Source: Clostridiales bacterium (GTDB lineage: Bacteria > Bacillota > Clostridia > Oscillospirales > CAG-272). From it: a DNA stretch of 64,000 bases. Each line of letters begins with the position of its first letter. Within the stretch, counting starts at the first letter, position 1. The stretch covers positions 10,730 to 74,729 of the forward strand of contig JAAYQM010000001.1 of NCBI GenBank assembly GCA_012519315.1. Reading direction: 5' to 3'. Under the pieces are notes generated by a model. That model was not told the origin of the DNA, did no database searches, and saw only the letters and a list, made by a program, of their open reading frames with translations. The position numbers and the translations under genes are program-made. This document shows positions 30,958 through 38,741 of this stretch, piece after piece.

Positions 30958-33084
30958 ATGAATAAAATTATAAGAATCATGCTTCTCTCCGTTTGCGCAA
31001 TCATGCTTTTGGCGCATTTTCCGATTGGCGCAGCCGAACCTTATCAGACCTATACCTACTCTATCGATGGTGTGCCCTTGTATTCTCCGGCGGCATATGC
31101 CCCTCTTATGAATGTTGACTCAAACTATATGGGGCTTAGTACACCTTTTGATGACCCGAGAGATATCTTCGTTGATAAGGATCAGAGGGTATATTTATCC
31201 GACGGGAAAAACAACCGGGTCATTGTTATGGATAAATATTATAAGGTTTCGTTTGTAATTTCTGATTTTATTAATGATCAGGGTGTTCCGGATAAGCTGA
31301 CCAATCCCTCCGGTATTTTTGTAAACGAAGACAGTATTTATGTTTGTGACACCGATGCGAATCGTATAGTCCTGTTTGACCATAAGGGTGAATTTAAGAA
31401 AATCATCCCCAAACCGGTGTCTAAACTGTTTGGATCCGATGCTATTTATAAGCCGGTTTCCATGGTTGTTGACGAATACGGCAGACTATATGTTATTTCC
31501 TCTACAACCTATCAAGGTGTTATTGTCATGACCGAAAATGGAGATTTTACCGGCTTTATCGGTGCTCAGAAGGTTGTCTATAACATCCTTGATATAATAT
31601 GGAGACGATTCCAGACAGAGGAGCAGAGAAAGGCTTCAATCCAGAATATTCCAACTGAGTTTAACAATATAACAATTGACAGTAACAATCTGATTTATGT
31701 TACCACTTCCTCGATTCCCGAGTCGAAGCAGCAATCCGCAATAACAAGCAAGTCTCCTGACTATGCGCCTGTTAAAAAGCTCAACGCCAATGGCGACGAG
31801 GTTATGAAGAGAAACGGCTTTTTTGCCCCGAATGGGGAGGTTTATGTGACCAATCGCTCAACGGCTCAAATTACCGGTGCATCAAGGATTATTGACGTTG
31901 CAGTCGGTCCTGAGGGAACATGGTCAATTGTTGATGAAAAGCGTCAAAAAGTTTTCACTTATGACTCAAACGGAAACCTGCTTTTTGCTTTTGGTGACCT
32001 CGGAAGTCAGCTTGGCAACATGACAAGCGTGAAGGCTATTGCTTATCAAGGAGATCGAATTCTTCTGCTTGATAAGACCGCTGATGTTATCACCGTTTAC
32101 AATCGAACTGAGTATGGTGATATACTGATCAGCGCCCTTGCAAATGAGAATCGAAACAATTACGACATCGCTGTTGAGTATTGGACCGAGATACTTAAGA
32201 GAAACAGTAATTTTGATGCCGCCTATATTGGTATCGGCAGATCCCTTTATCGCGAGGCTAATTATAGGGAAGCGCTTAAGTACTACGTTTCGGCTTACGA
32301 TACAGAAAACTACTCTGACGCGTTCAGAGAGATACGCAAAGAGTGGATTTCTAAGTATATCCTGACTATACCGATCGGTGCGATAATTATTATTTTCCTG
32401 TGGACTAAATTCTTGAAGTACGCAAGGAAGGTTAATGCTCGCACAGCGGTCAAGGTTGGTAAAAGAACCTTTAAGGAGGAATTGATTTACGGATTCCACT
32501 TGATATTCCATCCCTTTGACGGATTCTGGGACTTGAAGCATGAAAAGAGAGGCTCGGTTCGTGCATCACTTATCTATATTGCTGTTGTTGTTCTCTCTTT
32601 CTTCTATCAGTCCATTGGACAGGGATATGTTTTGAATCCCCGCAACTCCTATTCTACAATTGTCGCTCAGGCTTTGTCGGTTATTGTACCGATGCTCTTG
32701 TGGGTAATTGCAAACTGGTGTTTGACCACCCTCTTTGATGGCGAAGGAAGCTTTAAGGATGTTTTTGTTGCGGTATCCTATTCCCTTGTTCCTCTCCCGC
32801 TCTTCATCATACCGTCAACGATACTTTCAAACTTTGTTACCGTTGATGAATCACAGATTATTGGTTTCCTTGTAACAATTGGTTTTGTTTGGACAGGTTT
32901 CTTGATATTCTTTGGTATGATGGTTACACATGATTATACCCTTGGAAAAAATATCATTACATCACTTGGAACAATTGTTGGCATGGGCTTCATTATGTTT
33001 GTAGGGATACTCTTTACCAGCTTATTGTCGAAAGTGCTTTCATTTGTGACGCAAATTGTTACTGAGATCAGTTTCCGTATTTAG
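30958..33084 (+). CDS. Secreted NHL-repeat beta-propeller plus TPR-like segment, fused to a C-terminal Yip1-family multi-TM domain
   Basis: Signal peptide MLLSVCAIMLLAHFPIGAAEP. NHL-like blades (RVYLSDGKNNRVIVMD, IYVCDTDANRIVLFDHKGEF, LYVISSTTYQGVIVMT, and more). TPR-like helices AVEYWTEILKRNSNFDAAYIGIGRSLYREANYREALKYY. Yip1-like signature TTLFDGEGSFKDVFVAVSYSLVPLP within about 6 TM helices. Confidence 0.7.
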   Translation: MNKIIRIMLLSVCAIMLLAHFPIGAAEPYQTYTYSIDGVPLYSPAAYAPLMNVDSNYMGLSTPFDDPRDIFVDKDQRVYLSDGKNNRVIVMDKYYKVSFVISDFINDQGVPDKLTNPSGIFVNEDSIYVCDTDANRIVLFDHKGEFKKIIPKPVSKLFGSDAIYKPVSMVVDEYGRLYVISSTTYQGVIVMTENGDFTGFIGAQKVVYNILDIIWRRFQTEEQRKASIQNIPTEFNNITIDSNNLIYVTTSSIPESKQQSAITSKSPDYAPVKKLNANGDEVMKRNGFFAPNGEVYVTNRSTAQITGASRIIDVAVGPEGTWSIVDEKRQKVFTYDSNGNLLFAFGDLGSQLGNMTSVKAIAYQGDRILLLDKTADVITVYNRTEYGDILISALANENRNNYDIAVEYWTEILKRNSNFDAAYIGIGRSLYREANYREALKYYVSAYDTENYSDAFREIRKEWISKYILTIPIGAIIIIFLWTKFLKYARKVNARTAVKVGKRTFKEELIYGFHLIFHPFDGFWDLKHEKRGSVRASLIYIAVVVLSFFYQSIGQGYVLNPRNSYSTIVAQALSVIVPMLLWVIANWCLTTLFDGEGSFKDVFVAVSYSLVPLPLFIIPSTILSNFVTVDESQIIGFLVTIGFVWTGFLIFFGMMVTHDYTLGKNIITSLGTIVGMGFIMFVGILFTSLLSKVLSFVTQIVTEISFRI

Positions 33085-33106
33085 AAACAGGATAGGAGAT
33101 AATACT

Positions 33107-36100
33107 ATGAATAAATACAAATTTTTATCCGGTTTCATGGCGATACTGATACTATTCGGAGTTTTCGGTGTGTTCGGCGGTACACTTCAGATCAGTGCCG
33201 CAGATGATCAGACTGAAGAAGAGGAAATCCCTGATTATACCGATGCAAAAAATGCATATAAGACTCCCGAAGAAAAACTTGCTACGATGGTTAAAAAGCT
33301 TGACCAACACGGTTATGAGCTCTGGGTTCATGAGATAACCGGAGAAGTAGCAACAGTAGATAAGAAAACCGGACAGATTCTATTTACCAATCCCTATGAT
33401 GTTGCCGATCCTTCGAATCAGGCGTCAACATCGACAAAGGAGCAGTTGCTCTCGCAAATTATTATCAAATATACTGATAATGATACTGAAAAATTCTTTT
33501 ACAGTTATACCGAGGCAGCTCTCAGAGAACAAATCAATATTAAAAACATCAAGAACGGTATTCGTATAGAATATACCCTCGGTCGTGAGGAAACAAGATA
33601 TCTTGTTCCTCGTATGATCGAGAAATCAAGATTCGAAGAGCTGATTGTCGCCAATATCACGAATGATTTTGACAGAGGAAAGGTGACCGCTCTTTACACG
33701 TTGATGGACCCCTTTGAGGAAGGTCTTTCGGAGCGCGCTCAGAAAGAGATGCAAATCAACTTTCCTATCACTAAGAAAATGGCGGTTTACGTAATAGCCA
33801 GTGATACCAAGCCGCGTGAGTTCCGTCAGACAGAGGCTTATATTAAGACATACTGCCCGCTGTACTCATATGAAGAGCTTGAAAAAGACCATATGCTCAC
33901 AGAGTATACAGGGACAGATGTAGCACCCCCTCTCTTCAAGCTTTCTCTCGAATATACCGTTGACGAATGGGGAATGTCTGTTCGTCTCCCCGCAAACGGT
34001 ATTCGTTTTGACGAAACAACCTATAAGCTGAACGAGGTTCGCATTCTTCCTTATATGGGAGCAAACAGAGCCGAGTGCAAGGGATATACATTTATACCCG
34101 ATGGCAGCGGCGCTCTCCTTCGCTCGGAGGATCTGGCCGGCAAGAATGCAACGATAACTGGTCGGTTGTATGGTCCGGATTTTGCCTATCATACGATCAC
34201 CGGCGCCCATGTTGAAACGATGAGACTTCCTGTCTATGGAGTTGTTGAAAACTATAAAGGCAAGAAGACGATAGAAACAAGCCGGGAAGTACCTATAATC
34301 GATCCGGAGACCGGTGAGGAGACTTCGGAAACCGAAACTGTTATCGAAAAAGAAACAGTAGATTATAAGGAAGACAGAGGTTTTCTGGCAATTATTGAAG
34401 AAGGTGACGCCTTAGCGAGCATTACGTCGGCTCATGGAGGCATCGTTCACAAATACAACTCGGTTTACACCGCCTTCTTCCCAAGACCAAAGGATAAATA
34501 CAATCTTCGTGATGCGATATCTGTCGGTTCAAACGCGGAGTGGACGGTAGAGTCCTCGCGCAAATATGTCGGTAACTACCGAATCCGTTTCATTATGCTC
34601 TCTGACCCGGATATTATTGAAGAAAAATCTCTTACCAATGCCTATGAAGCAACCTGGATCGGCATGGCTAAGGCTTACAGAGAATATCTTGAGAGCAAGG
34701 GCGTTTTGAAAAGGCTGACCGAGAATGATGTGAAGAAGGATATGCCTCTTTACATTGAAACCTTTGGAGCCATTGATGCTCAGAAAAAGATCCTTTCCGT
34801 TCCGGTTACCGTCAGCGTTCCTTTAACCACCTTTGACAATGTCCGGGATATGTATAACGACCTTAAGGAAGCCGGCATTACAAATCTTAACTTCAGGTTG
34901 ACCGGATACGCAAACGGAGGTATGTCCTCAACAGTGCCCTATAAGCTAAAGTGGGAAAAGGCTGTTGGTGGCAAATCCGGATTTAAGGATCTGCTTGCCT
35001 ATGCAAAGGAGAACGACTTTGGCATTTACCCCGATTTCGACTTTGCTTATATAAACAAAACAGCAGCTTTTGACGGTGTTTCCCTTAAAAAGCACGCTGT
35101 TAAAACAATTGACAATCGTTATTCGAGTAAGCGGGTATATGACGCGGCTCTCCAGTCCTTTGTAAGCTATTACAATCTTTGCATTTCTCCCTCGGTTTTC
35201 AACCGTTTCTATACTAAACTGACTAGCAATTATTCTGAATATGATCCGATCGGGATCTCCGTTTCAACGCTTGGTACCGATCTCAACTCAGACTTTGATA
35301 AGAAAGATCCGTATAACCGTGAAGACTCTAAGGCTTTCACCGTTTGCATCTTTGAATCAATGGTCAAGGATTACGCAAGCGTTATGACCGACGGCGGTAA
35401 TGCTTACACCCTTAAATATGTCGATCATCTTCTTAATGTATCTCTTGACAGCAGCCGTTATCTTAATGCAAGCGACTCTGTTCCCTTCCTTGGGATGGTG
35501 CTGCATGGATATGTTAACTTTGCCGGTACACCTATTAACATGGCGGCCGACATTGACCATGCAATGCTGAAGGCTGTTGAGAACGGTGCGGCTCTCTATT
35601 TCACATTATCTTATCAGAATATCGAAAAATTAAAGGAAAGCGCCCTGTTTAGCAAATACTATTCGGTTAGATATGACATATGGTTTGACGAGCTTGTACA
35701 AAGATATCAGACTCTCAACGAAATTCTGGCACCGCTTCAGACGTCGCTGATTGTCGATCATTCATTCTTGATAGGTGAGCGCATTGCTGATCCTGATGAA
35801 ATAGAGGCAGATCGTATTGAAGCTGTGGAAAAGGCTGAAGCCGAAAGGCTGGAAAAAGAAAAGCAAGCCGCCAAGGAGGCACTCCAAAAGCAGAGAGAGG
35901 ATTATGAAGCGGGACTTATCCAGCCCGGTCAGACTATTGAGGTGCCACCTGTTGAGACAGAAAATGGAGACGAGACAGAACAACCGACAAATCCCGGATC
36001 TGATGAATATGTTTATACAAAGTACACATCGGACGACGGTCGCATAATAAAAGTTACCTATGAAAATGGCGTATCCTTTATCCTGAACTACAATGGATTT

Positions 36101-36169
36101 GCCATTACCGTTGTTGATAACGGGGTAACATATGAAATTGATTCGTATGACTTTGTAGTCATCGAATGA
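33107..36169 (+). CDS. Large (1020 aa) N-terminally anchored or secreted protein, DUF5696-like; possible glycoside-hydrolase-like barrel with an acidic coiled-coil tail
   Basis: N-terminal TM/signal segment FMAILILFGVFGVFGG. Conserved-looking blocks: YTFIPDGSGALLR, LPVYGVV, GFLAIIEEGDALASI, PLYIETFGA, NLNFRLTGYANGGM, GIYPDFDFAY, VPFLGMVLHGYVNFAGTPINM. Tail: EADRIEAVEKAEAERLEKEKQAAKEALQKQRE. The family name is from memory and is unverified. Confidence 0.6.
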   Translation: MNKYKFLSGFMAILILFGVFGVFGGTLQISAADDQTEEEEIPDYTDAKNAYKTPEEKLATMVKKLDQHGYELWVHEITGEVATVDKKTGQILFTNPYDVADPSNQASTSTKEQLLSQIIIKYTDNDTEKFFYSYTEAALREQINIKNIKNGIRIEYTLGREETRYLVPRMIEKSRFEELIVANITNDFDRGKVTALYTLMDPFEEGLSERAQKEMQINFPITKKMAVYVIASDTKPREFRQTEAYIKTYCPLYSYEELEKDHMLTEYTGTDVAPPLFKLSLEYTVDEWGMSVRLPANGIRFDETTYKLNEVRILPYMGANRAECKGYTFIPDGSGALLRSEDLAGKNATITGRLYGPDFAYHTITGAHVETMRLPVYGVVENYKGKKTIETSREVPIIDPETGEETSETETVIEKETVDYKEDRGFLAIIEEGDALASITSAHGGIVHKYNSVYTAFFPRPKDKYNLRDAISVGSNAEWTVESSRKYVGNYRIRFIMLSDPDIIEEKSLTNAYEATWIGMAKAYREYLESKGVLKRLTENDVKKDMPLYIETFGAIDAQKKILSVPVTVSVPLTTFDNVRDMYNDLKEAGITNLNFRLTGYANGGMSSTVPYKLKWEKAVGGKSGFKDLLAYAKENDFGIYPDFDFAYINKTAAFDGVSLKKHAVKTIDNRYSSKRVYDAALQSFVSYYNLCISPSVFNRFYTKLTSNYSEYDPIGISVSTLGTDLNSDFDKKDPYNREDSKAFTVCIFESMVKDYASVMTDGGNAYTLKYVDHLLNVSLDSSRYLNASDSVPFLGMVLHGYVNFAGTPINMAADIDHAMLKAVENGAALYFTLSYQNIEKLKESALFSKYYSVRYDIWFDELVQRYQTLNEILAPLQTSLIVDHSFLIGERIADPDEIEADRIEAVEKAEAERLEKEKQAAKEALQKQREDYEAGLIQPGQTIEVPPVETENGDETEQPTNPGSDEYVYTKYTSDDGRIIKVTYENGVSFILNYNGFAITVVDNGVTYEIDSYDFVVIE

Positions 36170-36185
36170 AAGAGAGGTGTAAGTA

Positions 36186-37184
36186 ATGAATAACGCGAAA
36201 ACAACAACCGCGGTAAAGAAGAGCAATTCTAAATCCGCACCAAAGCGAAAACGCATTGCATCTCTCGACAAACGCAAAGCGCGTGCCGGTTGGTTTTTTG
36301 TGCTCCCCTTTGCAGTGGGCTTTATAGCAATTTATCTGCCGATAATTTGGGACTCTATATGGCTTAGCTTCAATCATTTTAAGACAAACAGAGGGGGCGG
36401 TGGTTTTACGCTAACCTTCGTCGGATGGGAAAACTATCGTAATGCGCTTTTTGTTGATCCGAATTTCGTCAGAACGCTGGTTTCCGGTATTCAACAGCTG
36501 ATATTTGACATTCCGGCTATTGTAATTTTCTCCCTTTTCGTTGCGGTACTGCTAAATCAGAAAATGCTTGGTCGAGCCGCATTCCGCGCAATATTCTTTA
36601 TCCCGGTTATTCTTTCAACCGGTCTTATCGAATCGATCGACGCCCGGAATACAATGCTTAGCTACATGGGTGATGAGATGGGCGGCATTGAAAGCGGTTC
36701 GGGGCAAAATGCCGCAGCGCAGATTGTATCGGCGCTTGATGTCGAGCGATTGTTTGCCAATATGAAGGTAGGTACCGAAATTGTCGATTATGTTGTTAGT
36801 GCAATAAACAGCATATATGACATTGTTAATAGGTCGGGGGTTCAGATGCTAATCTTCCTTGCCGGACTCCAATCAATTTCCCCAGCTATTTATGAATCCT
36901 GTCAGATTGAGGGAGCGACCGCTTGGGAGACCTTCTGGAAAATCACCTTCCCGATGATTAGTCCGATGATTTTGGTTAACGCTGTTTATACTATTATCGA
37001 TTCATTTACAACTGAAGCAAACGTGGTTATGTCCTATATACAAAATGAAGTTTATACTCAGGCAAACGGTCAGGTTATTTCCGCGGCCATGTCTTGGATG
37101 TATTTCTTACTTGTTATTATAATACTTGCCGTTTTTGCCGCTATCGCATCAGCCTTTGTGTTCTATCAAAGGCGTGATCACTGA
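36186..37184 (+). CDS. Carbohydrate ABC transporter permease, MalF/UgpA type (pair 2)
   Basis: Basic N-terminus, six TM helices, EAA loop YESCQIEGATAWETFWKITFPMISP. Confidence 0.85.
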   Translation: MNNAKTTTAVKKSNSKSAPKRKRIASLDKRKARAGWFFVLPFAVGFIAIYLPIIWDSIWLSFNHFKTNRGGGGFTLTFVGWENYRNALFVDPNFVRTLVSGIQQLIFDIPAIVIFSLFVAVLLNQKMLGRAAFRAIFFIPVILSTGLIESIDARNTMLSYMGDEMGGIESGSGQNAAAQIVSALDVERLFANMKVGTEIVDYVVSAINSIYDIVNRSGVQMLIFLAGLQSISPAIYESCQIEGATAWETFWKITFPMISPMILVNAVYTIIDSFTTEANVVMSYIQNEVYTQANGQVISAAMSWMYFLLVIIILAVFAAIASAFVFYQRRDH

Positions 37185-37202
37185 TGAGAAGGAGATGAAA
37201 AA

Positions 37203-38228
37203 ATGAATACACAAAAATTAAATACATCTCCGAGAATCAAAAGAGAAACTAAGAATAAAATCAGGGTTGAATTTGAACGGACTCCTTTCCTTGAGAGGAT
37301 GAAGGCCAGATTTGGTACGACATATTTTGCACAAAGGGTTGTCTGGTATGTTTTCCGTTTTGTTCTCCTGCTTGGTATTTCTTATGTAATTCTTTTCCCG
37401 TTTTTTGCGAAGATCTCGGGTTCCTTTATGAGCCCAAACGACTTTGTTGATGTAACGGTTCGATTGATACCAAAATATCCAACATTCGATATTTACAGAG
37501 CAATCTTTGTCGAACAACAATATATGAAGGCTTTTATGAATACAGCACTCCTATCCGTATCAACAGCGCTGATTCAAACCTTTATCTGCTCTGTCGTCGG
37601 ATACGGCTTTGCAAAGTTTAAGTTTAAAGGTAACACCCTTCTCTTCCTTGCTGTTGTTCTCACTATGATTATACCTCATGGTACTTTACAGTTTGCTTTG
37701 TTTATGAAGTTCAGATATTTTGACGTGTTCGGTCTTATGAGGCTTATCTCTGGGCAAACACTCACTTTGACCAACACCTTCTGGCCTTTGATTCTTATGT
37801 CACTGTTTGGTCTTGCTTTTAAAAACGGGCTTTACATCTTTATGATGAGACAGTTTTATCGCGGTGTGCCGGATGAGCTTGAGGAATCCGCATATGTTGA
37901 CGGTTCAGGTGTATTTAGGACCTTTATACAGATCATTCTTCCCCTGTCTGTTCCTATGATGATTACTATATTCCTCTTCTCATTCTCTTGGCAGTGGACA
38001 GATGATTTCTACACAACTCTCTTCTTTACAACCACCAGAACCGTGCTTATGCCGACGATTGTTGGTATACCCAACTCTCTCCAGACAAACTATGCCGGAC
38101 AGAATCTTTACTATGCTGCGATTAACAGCACCTGTGGTCTTATGATCATTGCGCCGCTGATTATCGTATACCTCTTCTGTCAGAAATTCCTTGTGCAGGG
38201 TATAGAACGTTCGGGTATTATTGGATAA
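37203..38228 (+). CDS. Carbohydrate ABC transporter permease, MalG/UgpE type (pair 2), with a ~45-aa basic N-terminal extension
   Basis: EAA loop EESAYVDGSGVFRTFIQIILPLSVP. RBS aaggagatg. Confidence 0.85.
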   Translation: MNTQKLNTSPRIKRETKNKIRVEFERTPFLERMKARFGTTYFAQRVVWYVFRFVLLLGISYVILFPFFAKISGSFMSPNDFVDVTVRLIPKYPTFDIYRAIFVEQQYMKAFMNTALLSVSTALIQTFICSVVGYGFAKFKFKGNTLLFLAVVLTMIIPHGTLQFALFMKFRYFDVFGLMRLISGQTLTLTNTFWPLILMSLFGLAFKNGLYIFMMRQFYRGVPDELEESAYVDGSGVFRTFIQIILPLSVPMMITIFLFSFSWQWTDDFYTTLFFTTTRTVLMPTIVGIPNSLQTNYAGQNLYYAAINSTCGLMIIAPLIIVYLFCQKFLVQGIERSGIIG

Positions 38229-38258
38229 CGAACCAATAAACAATCTCAATAAGAAAAA

Positions 38259-38293
38259 TACCGCTGGGACAGATGTCTCGGCGGTGTTTTTTT
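38259..38293 (+). terminator. Probable intrinsic terminator at the end of the cluster
   Basis: Interrupted stem accgc...gac/gtc...gcggt, followed by T7. Confidence 0.5.
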
Positions 38294-38660
38294 GATATTT
38301 ATCATACAAGGGTAGAAAATTGGGACAAAACGTTATATTGACAAATTTATCTGACATAAAGCAACTAAATATTAGAAAAAAATGTCTTTGCATGATAAAA
38401 ATCTAATGATATTTGTATAAGAGTAAAAAAAGAAATGAAAATTCTTTGATCTCCTTTAAAGGTTGTTGAGATTTTTATCATACGATAGAATTAAAATAGC
38501 GATTGTTGTTTTTTCAACAGCATTTATCGGCAGCAGAACAGAAAAAGATTATTAATACTTTGGGAAAATACAAAGACAGGATAAGTCTCTAATGTTTATT
38601 AGAGAGGATTCAAACAACTCAAGATCTGTTAAACAGAAAGAGAATATTATTTTAAGTCAT

Positions 38661-38696
38661 AAAAAAGCCTTGAAGGGTAATCACTCTTCAAGGCTT
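38661..38696 (-). terminator. Intrinsic terminator of alaS
   Basis: 11-bp stem aagccttgaag / cttcaaggctt. The A6 on the plus strand gives a U-tract on the minus strand. Confidence 0.7.
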
Positions 38697-38741
38697 TCTG
38701 CGGTTAAATATTCGCAAGATAATGTTGAATTATAATATAGA

